Of a stretch of 64,000 bases of DNA, positions 9,488-22,975 are shown one piece after another. The translations under genes and the position numbers were made by a program. This DNA comes from Cyanophora paradoxa CCMP329. Its lineage: Eukaryota; Plantae; Glaucophyta. Each line of letters starts with the position of its first letter. The stretch's first letter is position 1. Under the pieces are notes generated by a model. It ran no database searches, had not been told where the DNA came from, and saw only the letters and a list, made by a program, of their open reading frames with translations. The stretch lies in the NCBI GenBank assembly GCA_004431415.1, contig QPMI01000201.1:1-64000 (forward strand). The letters are read 5' to 3'.

Positions 9488-12400
9488 ATGGCGAGCTCTG
9501 CCGAAGGCACCCGGGCAGCCAGGAGGGCGTTGCGCTGCTGCTGGCCGGGTTCAACGCAGAGCGTAGCGCCCTCCCCAACAGCGGCCAGGCGCGACGATGA
9601 GACCAGACGAAGCATACCGACCTCGGCACGGGGGCCCGCTTCAGGCAGCGATCTCACTTCTAAAGCAGCTCCGGCCTCCCCAGCGCCGGCGGCAAGTTCC
9701 TCGTCAAGCGTTGCACAGGCTGCTGCAGGCGCAGACAAGGACAAGGACAAGCCAGAAGACAGTGCGCTCCGTCTGTTACTTCGTGTTGCCTAGCTAGAGA
9801 TCACAGCTAAGCGATTGTCCCCGTTTGCAGAGAAGACATGGAAGCAGCGGATAAAGGACAAGTTCCACTGGCCTACGCTCCAGCCAGGGTCGCCTTTACT
9901 GAAGCATCTCATGCTTGCCCTCTTTGTCTTTACAACATACAACGCTGTGATTATACCTTTTCGATGGTGCAATCCATGAAGAGGCCGCGGTGCCCCTCGC
10001 TGAAGCGCGCCAGGTCGTTCCTGCGCTCGAACAACGAGCGCTGGATGATCATCTTCAACATCATTGACTACACTGGCGACCTTCTCCTGTGGCTGCACCT
10101 GGCCCTGTCGCTCAACTCAATCTGCTACCACGAGGACGGCACGCCGCAGCCCCGTTCCTTTTTGCGGGCTCGCGATGACGCCCCCCCGCAGGCCTCTTCA
10201 TCACGGAGCGCGCAAAGGTCTCCGCGCTCCTTTTACGCCGCGCAAGCGCAGCCTGCTGAAGCGGCGCCAGATCCGCAAGCACTACCTGCGCTCTCACGCC
10301 TTCATCTACGACGTCGTCTCCCTCCTCCCCCGTGCGCCGCGCCGCGCCGCCCAGCAGCACCGGCCCGCACGGCCGCCGCCGACGGGGCGGCAGTGGACTT
10401 CATTGCGTTCCTCGCCGGCTACGAGAACTATGTCTATCTGCGGTGCGCGCGGCACGCCGGCCGCACCGGGAGCGCTCAGGCGGGGCGGGGGGCAGCATGT
10501 TCCGCTTCGTGCGGCTGCCGCAGGCGATGGGCGTCTTCGGCATGTGGGAGTACGGCGCCGTGCGCCCCGCCCGCCCCGCCGGGCGGCCGCTGCCCGGGCC
10601 GGCACTGACGGGGCGTGGCGGCGGGGGCGTGCAGCTCTACTCGAACGCGATCCGGCTGGTGAAGTCGCTGATGATCCTGACGATGATGATCCACTGGATC
10701 TCCTGCCTCTACTACATGGTCGTCCTCGCCGACGGCTTCGGGTGCGGCCGCGCCAGGCGCCCCGCGGCGGGGCCGGCTGAGCGGGGGGGGGGCGGGGCCA
10801 GGACGTCGTCGTGGGTGCTCTCGGACGACCCCATCGTGCTCGACAACCTCGACGTCCAGTACTTCCGCTGGCGCGCCGGCCCCCGCCCCGGCCCCCGCCC
10901 CGCCCCCACCCCACGTGAGGCCTCTGCCGCAGCGCCATCTGGACGATGCAGGTGCTGCTGCAGCAGGTGGACGGGACGCCGATGACGCGGAGCCAAGTCT
11001 ACCTCACCGTCGTCGTCATGTTCATCGGCCTCTCCGCCTTCGCCGCCTTCGTCGGTCCGCCCTCCGCCCCGCCGCCCCAGCACGGGCCTGCGGGGCCCCG
11101 CGGGGCCGCCCCTGAGGTTGCGCAGGTGGCATCTCGTCGCTGATCACGAACATGAACGCGTCGGAGGTGGTCTTCCGGCAGAAGATGGACGTCCTCTCGC
11201 AGTTCATGGCCTACCGCCGCCTCCCCGCCTCCCTCCAACAGCGCATCATGAAGTCCGCCCCCGCGCGCCCCGCCTCTCGCCGCGCGGGGCCGGTGCGAGT
11301 GGGTGCGGGGGGTGCGCGCAGCTACCAGGACTACATGTGGCGGCGGCAGCGGGGCCTGGACGACCGGGAGATCCTGGGGGACCTCCCGCCGCACCTGCAG
11401 AACGAGATCGCGCGGTACCTGAACCGGGAGATCCTGCAGAAGGTCCCCCTCTTCTCCAACGCCGACACCGGCTTCCTCTCCGAGCTCGTCACCCGCCTCA
11501 AGCCCCGCCTCTACGGCCCCGGCGAGTACATCGTCCGGTCCGCCCCCGCCCCGCCCCGCCCCACTCGGGGCCGACGCGACGGGCCGCGGCAGCTACGGCG
11601 AGGTCGGGCGCGAGATGTTCTTCATCTCGCGGGGCGTCGTGGAGGTGTGCAGCGAGGACGGGCGGGTCGTCTTCAAGTGCATGGCGGACGGGGAGTACTT
11701 CGGGGAGATCGCCCTCCTCTACTCGGACAAGCGCACGGCGTCGGTGCGGGCCAAGGGCTACTGCGACCTCTTCACCCTCAACCGCGAGGACCTCGAGGGT
11801 GCGCCGCTCCACCCGCGCCGCCCCACCCCCACCCCGCTCCCCGCCGAGGCCGCTCCTCGCAGCCGTCCTCGTCGACTACCCCGAAGTGCACGCCATGCTT
11901 CGCGAGGTCGCCCGGTCCGCCCCCCCGGGCCCCGCCCCGCCCGCCCCCGCGTCCCGGGGCACCCCGCGAGCGGGGCCGGGGCTTGCAGGTCGCGGATGAC
12001 CGGCGGGCACGTGCCCCAAAAGAAGCCGGCGAGCGCGATCATGAACGGCAACACGGGCTCGGCGCGCTCGCAGATCCGCCGCACCTCCTCCGTCACTGCC
12101 ATGGGCAACTCGGTCGGCCGCGGCACACTCTCCCGCTCCTCCTCCTTCGTGCGCCCGCCCTGCACGCCCCGCCCCGCCCCGCGCGCCCCGCGCCGACGCG
12201 GGGCGGGACCTCGCAGAACGACCAGAACCGGATGGCGCAAGTGCAACGGGCGCAGTGGGCGTTGCGGACTATCCGGCGGTTCATCCACGCGTGGATCCTG
12301 ATCCACCGGAGCCGCAAAGCTGGCAACGCGACGGCGGAGCCGCTGCGGATGCTGCTCGACCGCAAGGCCTCCTCCGAGTCGATGTCGCACCTCCTCGGCG

Positions 12401-14391
12401 GGGGCACGGCGACGCCCCCCGCGGGGGCATCGCCGGCAGAGAAGGGCAAGGGCCTGGCGGCGCTCCTTCCGCAGTCGCGCTCCTTCACGAGCTCGAGCAA
12501 GGCGGCGCAGCGCCCCGAGTCGGGCTCGCTGGCCCGCCGCCGCTCCAACTCCCTCCCCGCCGCCGACCCCGAGGTCGCCGCCAACGCCGCCGCCGCCGCC
12601 GCCGCCCTCGCCGCCGCCGCCAGCGCCACCTCCCCGCCCCGCTCCCCCCGCGCCGAGGGCCCCGCCGAGCGCGCCGCCGCCGGCCTCTCCCTCATGACAC
12701 CGGCGGGGAAGCTGGACCTGCCGCTTCTGCCGCGCTCGCGGCACAAGTCGACGCTGAGCCCGATCCCGTCGCCCAACACGACGGCGCGCCACTTCGAGCT
12801 GCAGGAGGTCGAGGAGGAGGGGGAGGACGAGGAGGAGGAGGAGGAGGAGGCGGGGGCGGGGCGGGAGGGCGAGGAGCGCCCCCCCGCGCTCGTCTCGCAC
12901 CGCTCCGTGCGCTCCACCGCCTCGCGCAACTCTGTGCGCGAGGCCCCCTCGCGCTCCTCGGCCGGCGAAGCCCCCGCCTCGCCCAAGCCGGGCATCCTCT
13001 CCGCCGCCCGCTCCCTCGCCGAGGAGCCCCTCTCGCCCGTCAGCGCCACCCCCGTGCGCCGGCTGCCCGCGCGCCCCGCCCTCCGCTTCCCCTCGCCTCT
13101 CATTTGGCCCCGCAGTCGCTGAACGGGCGGGAGGGCGGGAAGGGCAAGGAGGGCCTCCTTTACGCCTCGGCGGTCATGACGATGCTCGGCCTCGGCTCCA
13201 ACAACCCACTCCAGCCCGCCTCCCGCTCCTACTCGGCCCGCTCGCGTGCGCCCCTCCCACACGCCCCGTGCGCACCTCCTGGCCGCTCACACCGCCACCC
13301 CCGCAGCGGAGTACGTGGTGCTCGGGGGCGCAGAGGCGGCGACGCGGCAGTCGCCGAAGGGGTCCCAGGGGCAGGCCTCGCGGGAGCTCCCGCCCTTCCT
13401 CCCGGGCCAGCAGCGCGGCTCGCCACGGGGGCGCACCGTCTTCGAGGCGCCGAGCCTGCCGCTGGGCCTCCCCGGCGCCGACCCCGTCCCCTCCCTCATC
13501 GAACTCTCCGAGCGCGAGCCGTACGTGCCGCGCGCCCTCTCAACGGGCCCCCACACGGGACCCCACTCCCGCGCCGACTCCCCGAAACTCGAGCCCCGCC
13601 GGCCCCGCGCCGAGCCGCCCCTCCCCGGGGCCCCTGCCGGGGCCCCCGGGGCAGCGCCGGCCCTCCCCGCCCTGCTCGCCAACGTCAGCCTGCGGCGCCG
13701 CCTCATGGAGCGCGAGGCGCCGGCCCCCGTGCCCCTCAACCCTGAGCTGCCAACTTCCTCCCCGGGGGCCGGCGGCCCAGGCGCCGTCCCCTCCATCCCC
13801 ATCCCCCTCATGGTCATCCCGCCCTCGCGCCCCGAGAGCGATCGCACCGCCCGCACTGGCCGCTGTGCGCCGCCCCGCCCCACCCCGTCCTGCCCCGCCC
13901 CGTGCGCTGACTGTCGCAAAGCCATCAAGTTCAGCAACACCGTCTCCCTTGTTGGCGACTCGGACGACACGACCACTGCCCCCGCGCCCCGCGCCCCGGC
14001 TGCGCCGGTGCCGCCGCTGCCACCGCTTTCGCTGGCGGCCACAATGGACGCGGACACGGAGACGGTGCTTGCCTCCGCAGCGCGGAAACTTCAGCAGCTG
14101 TCCGACGATGTCCTCGCCGGGCGCCTCCCCTCGGGCGATGTCGCCAGCCCGCCGGGCGACACCACCAGCCCCCCCGCCGCGCAGCAACCTGTGCAGGGGA
14201 ACCCCTTCACAGGCCCGGCGAGCTGGACTCGGCCGCTCAGCCCGCGTCTAGGTGACTTCGGCATAGCCGGTGGGTCGGGCGGAGGTGGTGGAGGCGCTAA
14301 AACAGGAGCTCCGCTCGCGCCCCTCGGCAAATCCCTCAAGAAGATCACTCTGCCGCCTCCCACGGCTCTCGTAGAGGAGGACGAGTCGTAG
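9488..14391 (+). CDS. Cyclic-nucleotide-gated/HCN-like cation channel (6TM, C-linker, cNMP-binding domain, long low-complexity tail)
   Basis: Exons encode YNAVIIPFR, IRKHYLRS.AFIYDVVSLLP, S4-like YLRMFRFVRLPQ, IHWISCLYY, C-linker FRQKMDVLSQFMAYRRLP...LPPHLQNEIA and CNBD GEVGREMFFISRG...GEYFGEIALL...RTASVRA. Start codon uncertain. Confidence 0.9.
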
Positions 14392-14666
14392 GGCAAGCTC
14401 ACGTTCCCTGATCGTTGTGGTTCAACAGCGAGGTGCAGGAGCAGGCCTGCTGTCCAAGTAGCTCTTATTCGAGAATGCACAGTCAACTTAGCCAGCTTTA
14501 GCTACCATGCACGAGTTCCATGATTCTCTTGTAGAAATATCTTTTTCAATGTCCTTTAAAACATATGTGCATGTCAGTTTATAATTATTATACAATAGAT
14601 ATGAGAATCTTTTGATCCTGGATCCGATGATGATAGTGCTCGATATGCTCCACAATGCGTGTCATG

Positions 14667-17600
14667 TCATGGACAAAGAGGAGAAGGATTCGAACACTGA
14701 ACTGAATCATTGAATCGAACAGTCAGCCCAGCAGCGGCATTCTCAAGACGGCCATGCTCCGCACTTGAGGGCCACCAGCTGCAGGCGTGGGCCCCGAGGG
14801 CGGAGGTCCCATGCCCTGTGCGACGAGAGATCTCCTCCTGCCGGTCTTGTGTGTGAGCGGCCACAGGAGGGGCCGCGGGCAGGGCGTCTGACCTTTCTTC
14901 CGCGGCCTCGACCTGCTCGGTCTGCCACGTGGGGGACGAAAAGGCGAAGCCAGTCGCTGCACCGCCGCAGTCAGCGCCGCGGGGCGCGGGGGAGGAGCCG
15001 GGCGCACGGAAGGCCTGCTTGAGGGCGTTGGTGGAACGGGAGCGCCAGTACTTGACGGAGCGCACGGCCGTCACAGCGACGCCCCAGCGCGACCACGCCA
15101 TAGCCGCCCGCATCGCCACCCCCCCCTCCGGCCCCCGCCGCCCGCCACCGCCGCCGCCGGCGCGCGCCTCGGGAGGCGCTGCGCGCGAGGCAGAGCGCCC
15201 GAGGCCGGCACCGGAGGCCTCCCATTGCGGCCTTGGCGGCGAGGAGCTCGGAGCTACGGCGCATGGTCGGGCCGGCGCTGCCGGCCTCCTCACCGCCCTC
15301 GCGCTACGGCGCATGGTCGGGCCGGCGCTGCCGGCCTTCTCACCGCCCTCGCGCAGCGCGAGCCGCTGGAGCTCGCGGATGATCTCCAGGTACGTCGGGA
15401 AGTAGTTCGCGGTAATGCTGCGCGCACGCCCCGGACACGTCAGGCGCCGGCGCCGCAGAGCGAGGCAGATCAGAGCGCAGCAGAGGGGCACACTATTTGA
15501 AGCAGAAATCGGGAAGGTTGGCGACGACGGGGACGAGGAGGGCGCAGAGCCAGAAGGCTGCCGTCTTGAACATTGCGTACGCGAGGAAGTAGAAGTCGGA
15601 GGAGATCTTGAGCATCGCCGAGTAGACGATGACGAAGAGGAACCAGAAGGCGACCGAGCCCCAGGTGAAGAGGTGGTTCAGCCACGTCCAGTGCCGCGTC
15701 TCCAGGCAGATCTTGTACGTCACCGTGAGCACCAGGCAGAAGTTGACGACAGTGCCCAGGTAGAAGAGGTCCCCGCCCGTGCCGTCCGGCAGCGGCGCGT
15801 CCTTGCCGACGGCCCCCACGCACATGAAGTAGACGACACAGGAGTGGGCGATGGCCTGGGCGAGCCAGACGGCCATGCGCTTGGCGTTAAAGTCCATGCC
15901 CCACTGGCCGGCGAGGTACAGCCGCGGGTTCTCCTCGCTGCTCGCCGCGCTGACGTCCTGGTCCAGGATCCCCACGAGGATGATGGGCGCCAGAGTGAAG
16001 CCGACGTTCCAGAAGGCCCCGAGCCACGACTCGAAGAGCGTCGTCCCCGACTTGCCGTTGTAGAAGCCGAAGTAGAAGAGCGTGAGGACGAACGAGATGT
16101 TCTTGTAGAAGCTGTACAGGATGACCTTGGAGACCCGCTTGTAGTTCCAGCGCCCGTGCACGAGGAGGAGCCGCTTGAGGAAGCGGAACTGGGCGATCGC
16201 GTAGTCCGCGGCACGCACCGCCTGCATGCCCTCCTTCCCCGAGATGCCGATCCCAATGTGGGCCTCCTGGATCATGGTCACGTCGTTGGCGCCGTCGCCG
16301 ATGGCGAGGGTCATGGGGGTCGGCTTGACGTTGTCCTTGACCATCTTGACGACCTGGGCCTTCTGCAGGGGGCTCACGCGGCAGGCCACCACTGCCTTGC
16401 AGATTTTGCATATCGTCAGGAAGAGCTCCATGAGCTCCTTTTCCTCCATCACGAAGCGCAGCGCCTTGCCGTCCACGATCACCGCCAGGTTCTCGCTCTC
16501 GAACCCGATCAGCTCCTTGTACTGCTCCCGCTTCGAGAGCAGCGACTCCCGCACGTCCTTCTTCGTCTCCTCGCTGCGGGCGGGCGCGCACCAGCGCCAT
16601 CAGCGCAGCGGGGGAGCCGGCGGCGCGAAACGCACTTGATGACGATGAGAACCATCTTGTCGGTGAGGAGGCGGCAGGAGAAGCCGATGTTGATCGCCGT
16701 CTCCACCTTGTCGCCGGTGAGGACCCAGATCTTGATGCCGGCCGCTGCGAGCGTCGCGATCGCGTCCGGCACGCCCTCCTGCAACTTGTCCTCGATGGCG
16801 GTGGCCCCCACGAGGACGAGCTCCTTCTCGATGAGCTCGGCCGCCGCGTCGAGCTTGGCCTCGCGCCCATCGAGCGCCGTGGCGGCAGCGAGGAAGGTCC
16901 GGGACCACTCGTCGTACTCGGCCTGCGCGATCTCCCGCCGCCCGATCACGAGCGTCCGCAGGCCCTCCGTCGCGAAGTCGTTCAGGTGCTCCAGCAGCGC
17001 CTCCTTGCCGGCGGCGGCGGCGTTCAGGCGTTCGAAGATGACGGTGTCGGCACCCTTGGTGTAGAGCACGATGCGGCCCTCCGGGGTGCGCACGATGACG
17101 GACATGCGCTTGCGGGCCGAATTAAACTCGCACGTCGCGAGCACCTCGTAGGTCTCCTCCCGCCCGAACACGGTGATGGTGACGGAGCGCGCCGTGCGGC
17201 CGCGGAAGCCGTAGCCGAGGCACTTGGCTGCTGTCATGAGGGCCCCCTCGTCGGGGCTCGACGCCTGGTACACGATGTGTGCCGCGTCATGGCCCCGCTC
17301 CGGGATCACGGTGTGGCACACCGCCAGCGCACGCAGAAAGTCGTCGATTCTCTGCGCAAAGCGCCCCCGCTCGCCTCAGCGCCTTCCCGACGGCCCAAAC
17401 CCCACGCCGGGGATGCGGCGGGGGCGCACGGCGGCGTTCTCGTGGGCCTCGCGGACGTGCCCGAGCAGCCGTGTGTCAGCGAAGTCGAACTGCGCGGCCA
17501 CGCCGGCGTCAGAAGCTGCCTGGCCTCCACGGGGGGCGGGGGGCGGGGTGGGGCGTGCGCGCCTTGCCGGCGGGGTCCTGCTCGAAGACGGCGGCCCCCG

Positions 17601-18066
17601 CGGGGATGCGTTCGGCGCCCGGCACGGGGACCGTCGCGCGGCCCGGGAGAAGGCTGGAGCTGACAGGGGGGCGGGCGGGCTGCTTGAGGAGGGGACCCTC
17701 GTCTTCGAGCTGCCCGTACGCGACGCCCCCAATCGAGCACTTCTTGAACTCCATCTCGTTGCGCGTAAGCGTCCCCGTCTTGTCCGAGAAGATGTAGCGG
17801 ATCTGCCCGAGGTCCTCGTTGAGGTTCGACGTCCGCGCGCTCGCCGGCGTGTCGCTCTCGTCGTGATACATCGTCCCGTCGCTCTCCATGAGGCGCGCTT
17901 GGTAGATCTTCACCAGCTCCAGCGAGACGTACAGCGAGATCGGCACCAGGTTGTTGTACAGTATCAGGAACGTCACCCAGCCCTGCAGGCCCCGCCCCCG
18001 CCCCAGCGTCGGCCGGGGTGCGGCGGAGGGGCAGGGGGGGGGAAGGGGCGGGGTTGGGCACGGCGG
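14667..18066 (-). pseudogene. P4-type ATPase 3' fragment (copy A, 5'-truncated)
   Basis: Near-identical to 24831-28090; contains [27 protein letters not shown] and TGFAFS. Lacks the N-terminal exons and has a ~50-bp internal duplication at ~15252-15352. Confidence 0.8.
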
Positions 18067-18071
18067 TTGCG

Positions 18072-19583
18072 CTCCAACAGCGAATCATGAAGTCCGCCTC
18101 CGCGCGCCCCGCCTATTGCCTATTGCAAGAAGATGGACGTCCTCTCGCAGTTCATGGCCTACCGCCGCCTCCCCGCCTCCCTCCAACAGCGCATCATGAA
18201 GTCCGTCCCCGCGAGATGATGTTCTGATGTTCTTCGCGGTCCTGGCAGCGGGGCAGCGGGGCCTGGACGACCGGGAGATCCTGGGGGACCTCCCGCCGCA
18301 CCTGCAGAACGAGATCGCGCGGTACCTGAACCGGGAGATCCTGCAGAAGGTCCCCCTCTTCTCCAACGCCGACACCGGCTTCCTCTCCGAGCTCGTCACC
18401 CGCCTCAAGCCCCGCCTCTACGGCCCCGGCGAGTACATCGTCCCGTCCGCCCCCGCCCCGCCCCGCCCCACTCGGGGCCGACGCGACGGGCCGCGGCAGC
18501 TACGGCGAGGTCGGGCGCGAGATGTTCTTCATCTCGCGGGGCGTCGTGGAGGTGTGCAGCGAGGACGGGCGGGTCGTCTTCAAGTGCATGGCGGACGGGG
18601 AGTACTTCGGGGAGATCGCCCTCCTCTACTCGGACAAGCGCACGGCGTCGGTGCGGGCCAAGGGCTACTGCGACCTCTTCACCCTCAACCGCGAGGACCT
18701 CGAGGGTGCGCCGCTCCACCCGCGCCGCCCCACCCCACCCCGCTCCCCGCCGAGGCCGCTCCTCGCAGCCGTCCTCGTCGACTACCCGAAGTGCACGCCA
18801 TGCTTCGCGAGGTCGCCCGGTCCGCCCCCCCGGGCCCCGCCCCGCCCGCCCCCGCGTCCCGGGGCACCCCGCGAGCGGGGCCGGGGCTTGCAGGTCGCGG
18901 ATGACCGGCGGGCACGTGCCCCAAAAGAAGCCGGCGAGCGCGATCATGAACGGCAACACGGGCTCGGCGCGCTCGCAGATCCGCCGCACCTCCTCCGTCA
19001 CTGCCATGGGCAACTCGGTCGGCCGCGGCACACTCTCCCGCTCCTCCTCCTTCGTGCGCCCGCCCTGCACGCCCCGCCCCGCCCCGCGCGCCCGCGCCGA
19101 CGCGGGGCGGGACCTCGCAGAACGACCAGAACCGGATGGCGCAAGTGCAACGGGCGCAGTGGGCGTTGCGGACTATCCGGCGGTTCATCCACGCGTGGAT
19201 CCTGATCCACCGGAGCCGCAAAGCTGGCAACGCGACGGCGGAGCCGCTGCGGATGCTGCTCGACCGCAAGGCCTCCTCCGAGTCGATGTCGCACCTCCTC
19301 GGCGGGGGCACGGCGACGCCCCCCGCGGGGGCATCGCCGGCAGAGAAGGGCAAGGGCCTGGCGGCGCTCCTTCCGCAGTCGCGCTCCTTCACGAGCTCGA
19401 GCAAGGCGGCGCAGCGCCCCGAGTCGGGCTCGCTGGCCCGCCGCCGCTCCAACTCCCTCCCCGCCGCCGACCCCGAGGTCGCCGCCAACGCCGCCGCCGC
19501 CGCCGCCGCCCTCGCCGCCGCCGCCAGCGCCACCTCCCCGCCCCGCTCCCCCCGCGCCGAGGGCCCCGCCGAGCGCGCCGCCG
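18072..19583 (+). pseudogene. Duplicated internal fragment of the CNG channel gene (copy 2) with scrambled 5' junction
   Basis: 18252-19583 copies ~11347-12681 including introns. No TM exons. Confidence 0.85.
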
Positions 19584-21831
19584 CCACGCACATGAAGTAG
19601 ACGACACAGGAGTGGGCGATGGCCTGGGCGAGCCAGACGGCCATGCGCTTGGCGTTAAAGTCCATGCCCCACTGGCCGGCGAGGTACAGCCGCGGGTTCT
19701 CCTCGCTGCTCGCCGCGCTGACGTCCTGGTCCAGGATCCCCACGAGGATGATGGGCGCCAGAGTGAAGCCGACGTTCCAGAAGGCCCCGAGCCACGACTC
19801 GAAGAGCGTCGTCCCCGACTTGCCGTTGTAGAAGCCGAAGTAGAAGAGCGTGAGGACGAACGAGATGTTCTTGTAGAAGCTGTACAGGATGACCTTGGAG
19901 ACCCGCTTGTAGTTCCAGCGCCCGTGCACGAGGAGGAGCCGCTTGAGGAAGCGGAACTGGGCGATCGCGTAGTCCGCGGCACGCACCGCCTGCATGCCCT
20001 CCTTCCCCGAGATGCCGATCCCAATGTGGGCCTCCTGGATCATGGTCACGTCGTTGGCGCCGTCGCCGATGGCGAGGGTCATGGGGGTCGGCTTGACGTT
20101 GTCCTTGACCATCTTGACGACCTGGGCCTTCTGCAGGGGGCTCACGCGGCAGGCCACCACTGCCTTGCAGATTTTGCATATCGTCAGGAAGAGCTCCATG
20201 AGCTCCTTTTCCTCCATCACGAAGCGCAGCGCCTTGCCGTCCACGATCACCGCCAGGTTCTCGCTCTCGAACCCGATCAGCTCCTTGTACTGCTCCCGCT
20301 TCGAGAGCAGCGACTCCCGCACGTCCTTCTTCGTCTCCTCGCTGCGGGCGGGCGCGCGCCAGCGCCATCAGCGCAGCGGGGGAGCCGGCGGCGCGAAACG
20401 CACTTGATGACGATGAGAACCATCTTGTCGGTGAGGAGGCGGCAGGAGAAGCCGATGTTGATCGCCGTCTCCACCTTGTCGCCGGTGAGGACCCAGATCT
20501 TGATGCCGGCCGCTGCGAGCGTCGCGATCGCGTCCGGCACGCCCTCCTGCAACTTGTCCTCGATGGCGGTGGCCCCCACGAGGACGAGCTCCTTCTCGAT
20601 GAGCTCGGCCGCCGCGTCGAGCTTGGCCTCGCGCCCATCGAGCGCCGTGGCGGCAGCGAGGAAGGTCCGGGACCACTCGTCGTACTCGGCCTGCGCGATC
20701 TCCCGCCGCCCGATCACGAGCGTCCGCAGGCCCTCCGTCGCGAAGTCGTTCAGGTGCTCCAGCAGCGCCTCCTTGCCGGCGGCGGCGGCGTTCAGGCGTT
20801 CGAAGATGACGGTGTCGGCACCCTTGGTGTAGAGCACGATGCGGCCCTCCGGGGTGCGCACGATGACGGACATGCGCTTGCGGGCCGAATTAAACTCGCA
20901 CGTCGCGAGCACCTCGTAGGTCTCCTCCCGCCCGAACACGGTGATGGTGACGGAGCGCGCCGTGCGGCCGCGGAAGCCGTAGCCGAGGCACTTGGCTGCT
21001 GTCATGAGGGCCCCCTCGTCGGGGCTCGACGCCTGGTACACGATGTGTGCCGCGTCATGGCCCCGCTCCGGGATCACGGTGTGGCACACCGCCAGCGCAC
21101 GCAGAAAGTCGTCGATTCTCTGCGCAAAGCGCCCCCGCTCGCCTCAGCGCCTTCCCGACGGCCCAAACCCCACGCCGGGGATGCGGCGGGGGCGCACGGC
21201 GGCGTTCTCGTGGGCCTCGCGGACGTGCCCGAGCAGCCGTGTGTCAGCGAAGTCGAACTGCGCGGCCACGCCGGCGTCAGAAGCTGCCTGGCCTCCACGG
21301 GGGGCGGGGGGCGGGGTGGGGCGTGCGCGCCTTGCCGGCGGGGTCCTGCTCGAAGACGGCGGCCCCCGCGGGGATGCGTTCGGCGCCCGGCACGGGGACC
21401 GTCGCGCGGCCCGAGAGAAGGCTGGAGCCGACAGCGGGGCGGGCGGGCTGCTTGAGGAGGGGACCCTCGTCTTCGAGCTGCCCGTACGCGACGCCCCCAA
21501 TCGAGCACTTCTTGAACTCCATCTCGTTGCGCGTAAGCGTCCCCGTCTTGTCCGAGAAGATGTAGCGGATCTGCCCGAGGTCCTCGTTGAGGTTCGACGT
21601 CCGCGCGCTCGCCGGCGTGTCGCTCTCGTCGTGATACATCGTCCCGTCGCTCTCCATGAGGCGCGCTTGGTAGATCTTCACCAGCTCCAGCGAGACGTAC
21701 AGCGAGATCGGCACCAGGTTGTTGTACAGTATCAGGAACGTCACCCAGCCCTGCAGGCCCCGCCCCGCCCCAGCGTCGGCCGGGGTGCGGCGGAGGGCAG
21801 GGGGGGGAAGGGGCGGGGTTGGGCACGGCGG
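19584..21831 (-). pseudogene. P4-type ATPase internal fragment (copy B)
   Basis: Copy of ~15816-18066 at offset 3768. Shares copy-A variants (e.g. GTCATGAGG vs GTCACGAGG in copy C). Confidence 0.85.
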
Positions 21832-21836
21832 TTGCG

Positions 21837-22975
21837 CTCCAACAGCGAATCATGAAGTCCGCCTCCGCGCGCCCCGCCTATTGCCTATTGCAAGAAGATG
21901 GACGTCCTCTCGCAGTTCATGGCCTACCGCCGCCTCCCCGCCTCCCTCCAACAGCGCATCATGAAGTCCGTCCCCGCGAGATGATGTTCTGATGTTCTTC
22001 GCGGTCCTGGCAGCGGGGCAGCGGGCCTGGACGACCGGGAGATCCTGGGGACCTCCCGCCGCACCTGCAGAACGAGATCGCGCGGTACCTGAACCGGGAG
22101 ATCCTGCAGAAGGTCCCCTCTTCTCCAACGCCGACACCGGCTTCCTCTCCGAGCTCGTCACCCGCCTCAAGCCCCGCCTCTACGGCCCCGGCGAGTACAT
22201 CGTCCCGTCCGCCCCCGCCCCGCCCCGCCCCACTCGGGGCCGACGCGACGGGCCGCGGCAGCTACGGCGAGGTCGGGCGCGAGATGTTCTTCATCTCGCG
22301 GGGCGTCGTGGAGGTGTGCAGCGAGGACGGGCGGGTCGTCTTCAAGTGCATGGCGGACGGGGAGTACTTCGGGGAGATCGCCCTCCTCTACTCGGACAAG
22401 CGCACGGCGTCGGTGCGGGCCAAGGGCTACTGCGACCTCTTCACCCTCAACCGCGAGGACCTCGAGGGTGCGCCGCTCCACCCGCGCCGCCCCACCCCCA
22501 CCCCGCTCCCCGCCGAGGCCGCTCCTCGCAGCCGTCCTCGTCGACTACCCCGAAGTGCACGCCATGCTTCGCGAGGTCGCCCGGTCCGCCCCCCCGGGCC
22601 CCGCCCCGCCCGCCCCCGCGTCCCGGGGCACCCCGCGAGCGGGGCCGGGGCTTGCAGGTCGCGGATGACCGGCGGGCACGTGCCCCAAAAGAAGCCGGCG
22701 AGCGCGATCATGAACGGCAACACGGGCTCGGCGCGCTCGCAGATCCGCCGCACCTCCTCCGTCACTGCCATGGGCAACTCGGTCGGCCGCGGCACACTCT
22801 CCCGCTCCTCCTCCTTCGTGCGCCCGCCCTGCACGCCCCGGCCCCCAACACGGGCTCGGCGCGCTCGCAGATCCGCCGCACCTCCTCCGTCACAGCCATG
22901 GGCAACTCGGTCAGCCGCGGCACCCACTCCCGCTCCTCCATCGTGCGCTCGCCCTCCACGCCCCGCCCCGCCCGC
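21837..22975 (+). pseudogene. Duplicated internal fragment of the CNG channel gene (copy 3)
   Basis: Repeats the 18072 junction and the CNBD exons with single-base deletions. Ends in a diverged local re-copy of its last exon (~22847-22975). Confidence 0.8.

Noticed and set aside
12489-12497. GAGCTCGAG/CAGCTGCAG-type 9-mers inside exons as footprints
   Set aside because: They arise readily from GC-biased codon usage and are not diagnostic without a shorter paralogous or orthologous allele.
18685-20322. 545-aa ORF fusing the flippase to antisense channel sequence
   Set aside because: By-product of the 19584 junction; no promoter or 5' exons evident.
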